Assembly: GCA_029907205.1 (NCBI GenBank)
Contig: JARYMI010000017.1
Coordinates: 21-64,020 of the forward strand
Direction: 5' to 3'
DNA length: 64,000 nt
From: Clostridiales bacterium
Lineage (GTDB): Bacteria > Acidobacteriota > Aminicenantia > Aminicenantales > UBA8522
Positions 42,418 to 52,122 of the stretch are shown here, piece by piece. Position numbers and translations under genes: made by a program. The notes beneath the pieces are model-generated. The model had not been told where the DNA came from. It searched no databases and saw only the letters and a program-made list of their open reading frames with translations. Within the stretch, counting starts at the first letter, position 1. Each line of letters opens with the position of its first letter.

Positions 42418-44379
42418 TTAATTTTTTTCCTTGTGTCCGCCTTCGCGGGAGCCGCCAGAGTGAGTAGGACCGGATGATGCAGCCGAGGCTGTGCTGCCTC
42501 CGCTCGAGGATGTCCCGCTTGATTCTCCGCTTCCGCCTTGGCCGCCCCAGGATCCTCTGCCCACGCTGTCTCCGGAAAGCCTGACCCTCGGCCCCATCGT
42601 GTTCGATGAGAGACCGAGCTCTGGACAGGTTACGGCATTTGCGCGACTGGAATAGGAGACTTTCACTCCCAGAGTCTGTGCTGTGCGGACATCGGGATTC
42701 CAATCCCTGAAGCGCACCGAATCTGATCCTGGAAATGACGCTCCCGCCGTTTCCGGGCGAGCCGTGGTCTTCGGGTCTCGATAGAAACCTTCAAAAGAGG
42801 GTTTTGATTTCCTGCTCTCAGAATGATCAGGTAAGGACAAGACTCGTGCCCGGAGCTCGGATGCAGCCCGGCCTGACTGGAGAGCCCTCAAAGCCTCCGA
42901 GAACACAGAGTGGGGGTTGCGCCGGATACTATCTTTTGGAGAAGAGGGTTCGGCCTCAGGTCCGCGAAAAAACTTTTCAACGCCGACAACCTTCTCTTGC
43001 ATCCGAGGCGAGGCCAGGTCACCTTTCTTGATCATCGCAGCTTGGCGCGGAATCTCCCTCAGCGAAGCCAAAACATTCTCATTCCCTCTCTCCAAGGCAG
43101 CAATCGTCGCCTGATAAGACTTCTTGAGATCCTTCGGCAGAGGAAGTGTCGTTGTTTCTTTTTTCTTCAACTGGCTTTTACGGATGGAACGGACAACTTG
43201 TCCGGAGAAAGTTTCACTCGGAACAGCATAGGAAGTCAACCAGGAGTAGGGAGGGCTTCCATAGCCGGCCAAATGCATAGACGGCACCCAATACCAATCA
43301 AACAGAGACCATGGCCGCCATAAGTAATAGCCGGAATAGAAATCCCAGACGGCCCAGGCAGGGGCAAAGAGCGAGCCGGGAAGCCAGAGCCAGCCCTTCT
43401 TGGCATCCCACATCCAGATGCCGAGGTGATACGGAACCCAGCCCCAAGGCTCTTCGGGAATCCAGAAAAGCTGACCTCGGTAAACACTCCAGCGGCCATA
43501 GAACAGCGGTTGCCAGGTTCCCCAAGGATAGTAATCATTGTAATAGGGCCTCCAGACATAGCCGTAAAGGGAATGCCAGATCCATTCGCCGTAACGATTG
43601 CCGAATTTTTGAGCGAAATAGAAGACAGCCGGGGGTAGCTTTTGAAGCGGCTCGGGGAGAAAGCTTCCTTCGTGAAGGGCCAGGAAATTTTTATTGATGG
43701 AAACATTCCATGAAATAAAATCAGAGCTCTCGACAAAGGCGGCGCCTTCTGCCTGATCATCCGCTGAAACGATGTATCTTTCTCTCCTGTTGATTTTTAC
43801 CTGAGAGATGAGGGATTGATCCGGACCAAAAAGAAGACGCGCCGTGCCCGTCTCGACCTGGACATCAGTCTCACCCTCTGACGTCAGCTTGATAACAGCA
43901 ACGGAATTGTGGTCGAGCTTGACGGCGGCATGAGGAGTCATGACCTGGAAAATCTCCTTCGAATCATATCTTTTGTGCATGATATAGACTTGACCCTTAG
44001 CCAAAAGGAGGTTTGAAATTTTTTTGCCCGAGCTCAAGCTTTGAGCCAGGATGGTTTCGATCTTCAACTCGGTGGCGAAATCCAGCCTGACAATTGTGCC
44101 GTTATCAAACTGAATCTCACACCTCCTCGTGTCTGAGGTCTGGATGATGTCTCCGGGCCCGAGAGGAAGGTTGAGGATCGCGACTTCAGGAAGGGTTTGT
44201 CCCTCTCTGTAAACAACAGGATCATTGCCGTCGTTCTTGATTTCCACGTAGCTGATGTGACCAAAATAAAAGTCCTTCGTCCCGTTTGCCATCTTGTATT
44301 TGGCCAGGGCCGGCTGAACGCAAAGAACCCCGATCGCAAGGGCAATCGAGATCATGACCTGTGTGCCTTTTTGCTTCAT
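42418..44379 (-). CDS. FecR-domain plus DUF6600-like secreted protein
   Basis: NLPL.PGD.I.T...RCEIQFDNG..VRL (FecR); YGEW.....YGYVWRP, W.P..YGRW, EPWGWVPYH.G.W, W.W.PG..FAPAW; Gly/Ser-rich tail. Confidence 0.8.
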   Translation of the reverse strand: MKQKGTQVMISIALAIGVLCVQPALAKYKMANGTKDFYFGHISYVEIKNDGNDPVVYREGQTLPEVAILNLPLGPGDIIQTSDTRRCEIQFDNGTIVRLDFATELKIETILAQSLSSGKKISNLLLAKGQVYIMHKRYDSKEIFQVMTPHAAVKLDHNSVAVIKLTSEGETDVQVETGTARLLFGPDQSLISQVKINRRERYIVSADDQAEGAAFVESSDFISWNVSINKNFLALHEGSFLPEPLQKLPPAVFYFAQKFGNRYGEWIWHSLYGYVWRPYYNDYYPWGTWQPLFYGRWSVYRGQLFWIPEEPWGWVPYHLGIWMWDAKKGWLWLPGSLFAPAWAVWDFYSGYYLWRPWSLFDWYWVPSMHLAGYGSPPYSWLTSYAVPSETFSGQVVRSIRKSQLKKKETTTLPLPKDLKKSYQATIAALERGNENVLASLREIPRQAAMIKKGDLASPRMQEKVVGVEKFFRGPEAEPSSPKDSIRRNPHSVFSEALRALQSGRAASELRARVLSLPDHSESRKSKPSFEGFYRDPKTTARPETAGASFPGSDSVRFRDWNPDVRTAQTLGVKVSYSSRANAVTCPELGLSSNTMGPRVRLSGDSVGRGSWGGQGGSGESSGTSSSGGSTASAASSGPTHSGGSREGGHKEKN

Positions 44380-44420
44380 GGCTTGCCTCCTTTTTCCAGG
44401 TCTATTACATTTCTAATAAT

Positions 44421-44436
44421 TGCAACTTCCGTGCCA
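44421..44436 (-). promoter_or_regulatory. Sigma-54 (-24/-12) promoter of the FecR/DUF6600 gene
   Basis: Minus strand TGGCACG-GAAG-TTGCA, a perfect consensus, about 40 nt upstream of the start. Confidence 0.85.
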
Positions 44437-44871
44437 ATCGAAGACTGGCCGCCGAGCCATAGGCCGCTTCGGTTTTCGTCCTTATTCGGGGACACCTGCG
44501 GCCTTTGCAGGGGACAGTCCTTGGTGAGGGCCGCCCCCATCTTGAAAGCCTCTCCAAATCCGTGAACATTGCCGTCGGGATTTGAGCATGGAGGAGCGAC
44601 TTCGAAGGTTTAGCCTTTCGGGGGCGTTTTTCGAGGGAAACCGGCCTGGCGGTCGCGAGGACTGTCTGAGCTCGCTCGGAATAAAGGGAAATGCCCCGGA
44701 CGGTCAAGAGCAGTGTCAGATGGGATCGATTGACGTGCGAGTTCCGCAGTGCCGAGAAAAGCGGCTCTGAAACGGCGTGAAAAACCTGAGTGGAGCGACG
44801 AGATGCTCAGGTCCCGACAGATTCATTTAATGATCACAAAAAAGGAGATGCTAACCTTCTTCTTGTTAAGG

Positions 44872-44901
44872 TTGACAAGGGAAGCGCTGAATCACTAAAA
44901 T
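44872..44901 (+). promoter_or_regulatory. Sigma-70 promoter of the FBP aldolase/phosphatase gene cluster
   Basis: TTGACA-18-TAAAAT; SD AAGGAGG before ATG 44940. Confidence 0.6.
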
Positions 44902-44939
44902 GAATTCGCTCGCCTAACAAAAATCATTAAGGAGGAAAG

Positions 44940-46040
44940 ATGAAAATCACTCTCAGTGTTCTCAAGGCCGATATCGGCAGCATCGGCGGTCACATCAAAC
45001 CGAGCCAGGCTCTTGTTGATGAAGTCAGAAATTTCGTCAGCCAGAACGGCAAGAATCTCATCATTGATTATTACATTAGCTCCACAGGGGACGATATCGC
45101 CATCCTCTGCACTCATGAGCGTGGCGTCCTGGATGAAAAAATCCACAAGTTGGCCTGGGACGCTTTCTTGGCCGGGACCGCGGTGGCGAAAAAGCAGGGA
45201 CTTTACGGCGCCGGCCAGGATCTGCTGAAGGATTCATTCAGCGGCAACATCAAAGGAATGGGGCCGGCCGTGGCTGAAATGGAGTTTGAGGAAAGACCGA
45301 ACGAACCGTTTATTTTCTTCGCCGCCGATAAAACCGACCCGGGCGCTTACAACCTGCCTTTCTACCTTGCCTTCGCCGACCCGATGTACTGCGCTGGCCT
45401 TCTTCTCAGCCCCAAGATGAGCGAGGGTTTCACTTTCCGGATCATCGACGTCAGTTACACCGAAAAAGATAAAGTCATCGAACTCCGTGCACCCGAAGAA
45501 ACCTACGACATCGCCACTCTCCTCAGGGACAACGAGAAGTATGTCATCGAGAGCATTTTCTCCCGCAACACGGGAAACCAGGCCGCAGCCATCTCCACGA
45601 CCCGCCTGCACAACATCGCTGGAAAGTACACCGGCAAGGATGACCCAGTTGCCCTCGTCCGCGTCCAGGGAGAGTTCCCGGCGACCGGAGAGGTCCTGGC
45701 TCCTTTCGAGATCGGGCATTACGTGGCGGGGTTTATGCGGGGCAGCCACATCGGACCGCTGATGCCCTGCAAGCTCAACGCCACGATCTCTTATTTCGAC
45801 GGACCGCCTGTCCTGACCGGCGCAGCCTTCAGCGTCAAGGAAGGAAAGTTGACCGAGCCGGCGGATGTGTTCGACCACCCCTTCTGGGATACCGTCAGGT
45901 CAGAGGTTGCCGCCAAGGCAATGGCCATCCGGCGCCAGGGATTCTCCGGAGCGGCCATGCTTCCTTTCAGCGAGCTCGAATACGGCGGTGTCGTCGAAAA
46001 ACTGGCCAAGCTGGAGAAAAAGTTCAAGCTGCGCGATTAG
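44940..46040 (+). CDS. fbp: Fructose-1,6-bisphosphate aldolase/phosphatase (class V FBPase)
   Basis: [64 protein letters not shown]. Confidence 0.93.
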   Translation: MKITLSVLKADIGSIGGHIKPSQALVDEVRNFVSQNGKNLIIDYYISSTGDDIAILCTHERGVLDEKIHKLAWDAFLAGTAVAKKQGLYGAGQDLLKDSFSGNIKGMGPAVAEMEFEERPNEPFIFFAADKTDPGAYNLPFYLAFADPMYCAGLLLSPKMSEGFTFRIIDVSYTEKDKVIELRAPEETYDIATLLRDNEKYVIESIFSRNTGNQAAAISTTRLHNIAGKYTGKDDPVALVRVQGEFPATGEVLAPFEIGHYVAGFMRGSHIGPLMPCKLNATISYFDGPPVLTGAAFSVKEGKLTEPADVFDHPFWDTVRSEVAAKAMAIRRQGFSGAAMLPFSELEYGGVVEKLAKLEKKFKLRD

Positions 46041-46051
46041 GGTCTCGAACC

Positions 46052-46468
46052 ATGGGCAAACGCCGCATCCCGTTTCCGACAGTGGACATCATCATCGAAG
46101 TGACCCGGGCTGACGGAAAACCGGGCATCATCCTGATAAAGAGGAAAAACCCTCCCCTCGGCTGGGCTCTTCCGGGAGGGTTTGTCGATTACGGCGAATC
46201 GTGCGAGGAGGCTGCTCGTCGTGAGGCCAGAGAGGAGACGTCACTCGAAATTGAAAGCCTCAGCCAGTTTCATACGTATTCTGACCCCGGCCGAGACCCG
46301 CGTTCTCATACGATTTCGACCGTCTTCACAGCCAAGGCCTGCGGCATCCCCAAGGCTCGGGATGATGCTCAAGAGGTCGGCATTTTCACCCGGGATGACC
46401 TGCCTCAGCCCCTTGCTTTTGACCATGAGAAAATTCTCGCCGATTATTTCAAGGACAAAAAAACCTGA
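46052..46468 (+). CDS. NUDIX hydrolase (ADP-ribose pyrophosphatase-like)
   Basis: [24 protein letters not shown] Nudix box; P.RDPR.H; LAFDH. Confidence 0.9.
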   Translation: MGKRRIPFPTVDIIIEVTRADGKPGIILIKRKNPPLGWALPGGFVDYGESCEEAARREAREETSLEIESLSQFHTYSDPGRDPRSHTISTVFTAKACGIPKARDDAQEVGIFTRDDLPQPLAFDHEKILADYFKDKKT

Positions 46469-46491
46469 AATATTTTGACAAGGAGGAAAAA

Positions 46492-46797
46492 ATGGGTGGC
46501 GGTCCGTATCACGAACCTTTCGAAAAGCTGTCTAAAGAAACGAGAGAGTTGCACCGCGCCATCAATTCTCTGATTGAAGAGCTGGAGGCCATCAATTGGT
46601 ACCAGCAACGAGTTGACAGCAGCGAGGACGATGAGCTCAGAGACATCCTGGCGCACAATCGGGATGAGGAGAAGGAACACGCGGCCATGATCTTGGAATG
46701 GATCAGGAGAAACGACGAAGCCATGGCCGAAGAGCTCAAAACGTACCTCTTTGCCTCCGGCAAGATCACAGACGTCGAAGAAAAGAAGACAGGATAG
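46492..46797 (+). CDS. Encapsulin-associated-type ferritin-like protein (EncFtn family)
   Basis: HEP...LS..TR..HRA..SL.EELEA..WY.QR...HNRDEEKEHAAM.LEWIRR.D; SD AAGGAGG. Confidence 0.9.
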   Translation: MGGGPYHEPFEKLSKETRELHRAINSLIEELEAINWYQQRVDSSEDDELRDILAHNRDEEKEHAAMILEWIRRNDEAMAEELKTYLFASGKITDVEEKKTG

Positions 46798-46808
46798 GGC
46801 CTGCGGAA

Positions 46809-47081
46809 ATGGAGGAAGAAAAAGACAAGAGACCAGATAAAGATATGAAGCTTAAAGAGCTTGGCAAAGTCTGGGGTCCGGCTGAAGCCGAGGTCATCAA
46901 GAGCTTCCTGGAAAGCCACGGGATTTCTTGCATCTTTCGGGGGCTGGTTGTCCAGTCCATCCACCCGTTTTCCACCAACGGGCTGGGAGAGATCAAAATT
47001 TTTGTCTCGGGAAACAACTATGCCGAAGCGAAAAAGCTCTTAGAAGAAATATCTCCAGTCGAAGAGGCCGATGAGGATTAG
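46809..47081 (+). CDS. DUF2007 (putative signal-transducing, PII-like fold) protein
   Basis: EAEVIKSFLESHGI, GLGEIKIFV...EAK.LL. Confidence 0.75.
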   Translation: MEEEKDKRPDKDMKLKELGKVWGPAEAEVIKSFLESHGISCIFRGLVVQSIHPFSTNGLGEIKIFVSGNNYAEAKKLLEEISPVEEADED

Positions 47082-47171
47082 CTTCAGGGCCCATTTTATA
47101 GAGTCCCTTTATTCATTCCCTCACTATATTTAGTTAATCAATAATTATTAGTATTTTTTTCATTTTTTTGC

Positions 47172-47200
47172 TTGACATTTAAAAATTTCTCTCCTATATT
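47172..47200 (+). promoter_or_regulatory. Sigma-70 promoter of the dcw (mra) operon
   Basis: TTGACA-17-TATATT after an AT-rich UP-like tract. Confidence 0.8.
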
Positions 47201-47206
47201 TACGGC

Positions 47207-47234
47207 AAATGGGACGAAATGGGATAAAATGGGA
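47207..47234 (+). promoter_or_regulatory. Probable MraZ operator: three AAATGGGA direct repeats at 10-nt period
   Basis: Copies start at 47207, 47217 and 47227; analogous to the GTGGG-type MraZ boxes. Confidence 0.75.
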
Positions 47235-47696
47235 AACTTATTGATAGGTAGTTACACAGCGAAAATTGACAAGGCCGGCCGGGTCAAGATTCCGGAAAAA
47301 TTCAGGGCCGCTATTGAAGACGACTACGGCAAGGACGTCTTCATCACCTCCCTCACCGACGAAGCCGTCCAGATCTACCCGCTTCCTGTGTGGGAAGAGC
47401 TCACCGGTGTTGCCAAGCAGGGAGCTCTCCATCTTCGGCCCGATGTGAGAAATTTCCTCCTCCGCGTCAACCGCCGAGGCACCAGGCACGAAATTGACTC
47501 TAAAGGCCGCGTCCTGATCAACACGCAGTTGCGCGGAACGGCCTTGCTCGCTGATGAGGTCGAAGTTATCGGCCTCAACAATCACCTGGAAGTCTGGAAC
47601 AAAGAGAGGCTGGATGAAAAGCTCGAGAAGAGACCGTTGACCGATGAAGATTTTGAAACGATCGCCGGTCTCATTCCCCGCGGAAAATCGGAATGA
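47229..47696 (+). CDS. mraZ: Division/cell wall cluster transcriptional repressor MraZ
   Basis: IDKAGRV.IP.KFR and IDSKGRVLI repeats, HLEVW; first gene before rsmH. Confidence 0.93.
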   Translation: MGNLLIGSYTAKIDKAGRVKIPEKFRAAIEDDYGKDVFITSLTDEAVQIYPLPVWEELTGVAKQGALHLRPDVRNFLLRVNRRGTRHEIDSKGRVLINTQLRGTALLADEVEVIGLNNHLEVWNKERLDEKLEKRPLTDEDFETIAGLIPRGKSE

Positions 47697-48589
47697 GCAA
47701 CAGAGGACATCGACCCGTCCTTCTCAAGGAGGTCCTGGACATTGTCGACGTCACGCGAGAAGGAATTTACATCGACGGCACGATTGGCCTGGGTGGCCAT
47801 GCCCTGGGAATCTTGCGGCAAAACCCGAGGGCTGCTCTTATCGGACTCGACATCGATGAACAATCCTTGGACGAGGCCAAGAAGAACCTCACACCGTATG
47901 CCGACAGAGTCCAGCTTTTCCATGCCGACTTCAGGTATATTCCCGGGCTCGACATCGATTTTTCGGCTGTCCGGGGAATGATCCTGGACCTGGGACTGTC
48001 TTCATTCCAGCTCGATTCTCCGGAGAGAGGCTTCAGTTTCAACCAGGAAGGGCCGCTGGATATGAGGATGGACTTAAGGAATAAGACGACGGCCTTTAAG
48101 ATTATCGACACGTATTCCGAACCCAGGCTGGCCAGGCTCTTCTGGGAATACGGGGAGCTCAAGCAGGCCAGACGCCTGGCAAAGGAGATTATCGCCAGGA
48201 GGAAAGTGAAGAAAATCGAAACGACAACCGAACTCCGCTCCCTGGTCGAAGGCGTCTGCGGCTGGATTCCCCAGAAAGGAAAGATCCATCCCGCGGCCAA
48301 GGTCTTCCAGGCGCTCCGGATTGAAGTCAACGGAGAGCTCGAAGGGGTGGCCGAGTTTCTTGAAACAATGGCGCGAAAGGTTCCAACGGGCGCTCGTTTG
48401 GCCGTGATCTCGTTCCATTCTCTCGAGGACAGGATTGTCAAGCGTACCTTTGCCCGTCTCGCCTCAGATGAAGGAGGGACTGCCCTCCTCCGCCTCCTCA
48501 CCCGAAAGCCTATCACTCCATCGGAGGAAGAAAAGATATCTAACCCCAGGTCCCGGTCAGCCAAGCTCAGAGCAGCGGAGAAACTCTGA
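47693..48589 (+). CDS. rsmH: 16S rRNA m4C1402 methyltransferase
   Basis: H.PVLL.E, DGTIGLGGH, DLGLSS.QLD..RGFSF, FQALRIEVN.EL, SFHSLEDRIVK, NPRSRSAKLR. Confidence 0.96.
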   Translation: MSNRGHRPVLLKEVLDIVDVTREGIYIDGTIGLGGHALGILRQNPRAALIGLDIDEQSLDEAKKNLTPYADRVQLFHADFRYIPGLDIDFSAVRGMILDLGLSSFQLDSPERGFSFNQEGPLDMRMDLRNKTTAFKIIDTYSEPRLARLFWEYGELKQARRLAKEIIARRKVKKIETTTELRSLVEGVCGWIPQKGKIHPAAKVFQALRIEVNGELEGVAEFLETMARKVPTGARLAVISFHSLEDRIVKRTFARLASDEGGTALLRLLTRKPITPSEEEKISNPRSRSAKLRAAEKL

Positions 48590-48897
48590 TGGTCAGAAGG
48601 CGATACGAAAAAAAAGAAATCGCTCTGGCCGCTGCCTGCATCCTTTTGGCTGTCGCTTTCCTCACTTTCTACATCTGGCATCAGGCGGCTCTCATCAGCC
48701 TGGGCTACCAGACAAGCCGGCTGGAAGAAAAAATAGGCCAGCTCGAGGAGGAGATCAAGGGGCTGGAGATCAGGAAGACATCGCTTTTATCTTTGGAGAA
48801 GGTGGAGAGGGTCGCGCGGGAAAAACTCGGCCTCGTGGAGCCACGGCCCGAGCAGATCATCTATGAGGATTTCAGGTTGACGAACGAAGATGAATGA
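48589..48897 (+). CDS. ftsL: Cell division protein FtsL
   Basis: Single TM plus coiled coil, VE..AR.KLG..P; lies between rsmH and ftsI. Confidence 0.8.
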   Translation: MVRRRYEKKEIALAAACILLAVAFLTFYIWHQAALISLGYQTSRLEEKIGQLEEEIKGLEIRKTSLLSLEKVERVAREKLGLVEPRPEQIIYEDFRLTNEDE

Positions 48898-50656
48898 GTC
48901 AAGCTCTTTCTTCCAGAAGCGCATCCGCAAAAGAACAATCATTTTGAGTTTCTTTTTTTTCCTCTGGTTTTCCGCGTTGACCCTGCGTCTCGTCGAACTC
49001 CAGGTGATTGAACACGGCCGGCTCAGGGCTGCTGCTTTCAGGCAGAACCAGCTCAAGTCGAAGATAATTCCAGAAAGGGGAACAATCTACGACCGCCGGG
49101 GCATAATTCTGGCCCGGAGCTTCCCCGCGCCTTCCGTCTCTTATATCCCCTCGGAGGAAGAACCCCTCCCCCAAAAGCTTGCCAAGATCGAAGAGCTCTC
49201 AAGAGTCCTCGAGCTTTCTAACGCGGACCTCACAAGAATCAAGGCGAGAATCGAAAAAGGAGAGACTTTTGTCTGGATCAAAAGAAAAATCAGCCCTGAA
49301 AAGGCGGAACAGGTCAAAAGACTCGGGATGAGCGAAATTACTATCCAGGAGGAAAATAAGCGCTATTACCCTCTCGGCCGGCTGGCCGCCCATGTCCTCG
49401 GCGGGGTGAACATCGATGATGAAGGGGCCGGCGGAGTAGAGCTCGAATGCGATGTCAGGCTGAAAGGCGTGGCTGGGGAGGGTCTCTTCCTGAGAGATGC
49501 AAAAAAAAGGCATTATCACCGCGAGGTCCTAAAGCCGCCCACACCTGGCGAGGACTTGATCCTGACCGTCGACGAAACCATCCAGTACATCGCCCAGCGG
49601 GAGCTGGAGAGGGCCGTGGAGTCTCATCAGGCAAACTGGGGAACCGTCATCATTTCCCACCCTCCCTCGGGAGAAATCCTCGCCATGGCCAGCTCTCCGG
49701 GTTATGACCCGAATGATTTTTCACGGGCTCATCCTGAAGAGAGACGAAACCGGGCCATCCAGTACAACTTTGAGCCCGGCTCGACATTCAAGATCGTTAC
49801 CGCAGCGGCTGCCAGAGAATTTGGCCTGGTTGATTTCATGGACACTTTCGATTGCAGCAACGGCAGCATCAGAGTCGCCGGATGGACGATCAGCGACCAT
49901 AAAAAAATGGGGGTCCTCAGCCTCTCTGAAGTCCTCATTCACTCCTCGAATGTCGGGACGGCCATGGTTGGCCAGCGCATCGGCCCAGAGATTCTCTACA
50001 GGACGATCAAAGCTTTTCGTTTCGGGGAAAAAACCGGGGTCGAACTCCCCGGGGAGGAAGCCGGCATTTTCCATCCCCTCCCGAAATGGAGCGGCTCTTC
50101 GCTCGCTTCCCAGTCCATCGGTTACGGGATTTCCGTGACCGCCATCCAAGTGCTTCAAGCCATGAATGTTTTTGCTAACAACGGTCTCTTAATTCCGCTT
50201 CGCGTGACGAGGGAAACTTTTGATTTTTCGCCCTCGCTCCAGGCTGCTCGTCCTGCTGGCGAGAGAATCATCTCAGAGAAAACAGCTTCTGACCTCGTCG
50301 AGAAAGTGTTCGAAAAAGTCGTCCTCGACGGCACAGGCCAGGCCGCTCGCCTGAAAGGCTTCACGGTGGCCGGCAAAACAGGGACAGCACAAAAAATAGA
50401 CCCGGTGACAGGGGCTTATTCAGCACGCAAACATCTGGCTTCGTTTGTCGGGTTTGCCCCCGCCCGGAAGCCCTTCCTTTCGATGATCGTGGTCATCGAT
50501 GAGCCGAAGGCGGGGCTCCATTACGGCGGCCAGGTGGCAGCTCCTGTTTTCCAGGAAATCGCCCGGCGAGTTCTCCTTTACCTGGGCCAGACGCCTCAAT
50601 TTGACCCGGCCAAGAAAGTGATCACTGCCCAGCTTCGGGAGGCGAGTTACCGATGA
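48890..50656 (+). CDS. ftsI: Division-specific class B PBP transpeptidase
   Basis: RG.IYDR.G, R.YP.G, EPGSTFK (SxxK), SSN, GKTGTAQK. Confidence 0.93.
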   Translation: MNESSSFFQKRIRKRTIILSFFFFLWFSALTLRLVELQVIEHGRLRAAAFRQNQLKSKIIPERGTIYDRRGIILARSFPAPSVSYIPSEEEPLPQKLAKIEELSRVLELSNADLTRIKARIEKGETFVWIKRKISPEKAEQVKRLGMSEITIQEENKRYYPLGRLAAHVLGGVNIDDEGAGGVELECDVRLKGVAGEGLFLRDAKKRHYHREVLKPPTPGEDLILTVDETIQYIAQRELERAVESHQANWGTVIISHPPSGEILAMASSPGYDPNDFSRAHPEERRNRAIQYNFEPGSTFKIVTAAAAREFGLVDFMDTFDCSNGSIRVAGWTISDHKKMGVLSLSEVLIHSSNVGTAMVGQRIGPEILYRTIKAFRFGEKTGVELPGEEAGIFHPLPKWSGSSLASQSIGYGISVTAIQVLQAMNVFANNGLLIPLRVTRETFDFSPSLQAARPAGERIISEKTASDLVEKVFEKVVLDGTGQAARLKGFTVAGKTGTAQKIDPVTGAYSARKHLASFVGFAPARKPFLSMIVVIDEPKAGLHYGGQVAAPVFQEIARRVLLYLGQTPQFDPAKKVITAQLREASYR

Positions 50657-52122
50657 CCCTAAAGGATTTATTGAAAGACATTCCCGACCTTCGGACAGGA
50701 AGCGACATCGACGTTGAAATTTCAGGCCTGGCCTATTCCTCGAAAATGGTCCAGCCTGGATTCCTGTTTGCGGCTATCAGGGGAGAAAAGAGGGACGGCT
50801 ATGAGTTCATCGGAGAAGCGATCAGCCTGGGAGCTCGGGCCATCCTTTCCGAAAGGCCCGAGCCGCCGAACATGAAAGTTGCCTGGGTTGAAGTCAGGGA
50901 TTCCAGAGAAGCGCTGGCCCTGGCCGCGGCCAATTTCTACGGACATCCTTCACTCGGGATGAAGGTTATCGGCATCACCGGGACCAAAGGGAAGACAACC
51001 CTGACATATCTTTTGGAGTCAATCCTCCGCCAGGCCGGTTTCAAGCCGGCCGTCATCGGAACAATAAACTACCGCTGGCCGGGAGAGGTCATTCCTGCTC
51101 AGAGGACGACACCCGAAGCCCCAGACCTCCAGAGAATGATGAGCAAAATGAAGTCGCTGGGGATGACCCATTGCCTCATCGAAGTTTCTTCTCACGCGCT
51201 CGACCTCAAACGCGTCTGGGGAATCCATTTTGACGTCGCCGTCTTCACCAACCTGAGCGCCGAGCATCTCGATTACCACGCCTCCATGGAAGATTATTTT
51301 GAAACCAAGAAAAAGCTTTTCTTTCTCAACGCCAAGAAAAGAACGGCAGTTGTCAACCTTGACGACGCCTGGGGCAAAAGGTTGATCTCCGAGCTTCCTC
51401 TGACCACCGTCTCTTATGGTCTCGAACCCGCCGCCATCGTTCGCGGTCAAAACTTCCGCTTCACAGAAAACGGAATCAAAGCGGAGGTGGACTATCCCGG
51501 CGGCACAATGAAAATCTGCTCCCGGCTCCTGGGGAAGCACAATTTCTACAACATCCTGGCAGCGGTCGCCATCGGGCTTGCGCTTGACGTGCCCGCAGCC
51601 CGGATCAAAGAAGGAATCGCCGAACTCAAGGGAGTGCCGGGCAGGCTTGAAAAAATAGACAACAACCTCGACCTTTGGGTCTTTGTTGATTACGCCCATA
51701 CCGATATCGCCTTGAGAAGTCTGCTCGACGCCGTCCGGGAGCTAAAACCCCGCCGGATTCTTCTCGTCTTTGGGGCTGGAGGCGACAGGGACAAGGGGAA
51801 GAGAGCTCGGATGGGAGAAGTAGCGGCTGCGCTCGCCGACTGGACCTTTCTGACGTCCGACAACCCTCGGTCCGAAGACCCGCTGGCCATTCTTGCTGAG
51901 ATAGAACAGGGTTTTGCCCGTTCAAGTTGCCGAGCTTACTCCATCATCCCGGACCGCCGCGAAGCCATTGAAGCCGCCCTGGCCGCAGCCAAAAAAGGGG
52001 ACGCGGTCCTCATCGCCGGCAAAGGTCACGAGAATACTCAGATATTCAAGGACAGGACGATTCCTTTTGACGACGCTGACGTCGCTCGCTCAACCCTCAA
52101 AGCCTTGGAGTCAAGAACGTGA
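50653..52122 (+). CDS. murE: UDP-MurNAc-dipeptide:meso-DAP ligase
   Basis: GITGTKGKTT, EVSSHAL, TNL..EHLDYH, VDYAHT, GGDRD..KR, SDNPR (DAP-type), AGKGHE. Confidence 0.96.
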   Translation: MTLKDLLKDIPDLRTGSDIDVEISGLAYSSKMVQPGFLFAAIRGEKRDGYEFIGEAISLGARAILSERPEPPNMKVAWVEVRDSREALALAAANFYGHPSLGMKVIGITGTKGKTTLTYLLESILRQAGFKPAVIGTINYRWPGEVIPAQRTTPEAPDLQRMMSKMKSLGMTHCLIEVSSHALDLKRVWGIHFDVAVFTNLSAEHLDYHASMEDYFETKKKLFFLNAKKRTAVVNLDDAWGKRLISELPLTTVSYGLEPAAIVRGQNFRFTENGIKAEVDYPGGTMKICSRLLGKHNFYNILAAVAIGLALDVPAARIKEGIAELKGVPGRLEKIDNNLDLWVFVDYAHTDIALRSLLDAVRELKPRRILLVFGAGGDRDKGKRARMGEVAAALADWTFLTSDNPRSEDPLAILAEIEQGFARSSCRAYSIIPDRREAIEAALAAAKKGDAVLIAGKGHENTQIFKDRTIPFDDADVARSTLKALESRT

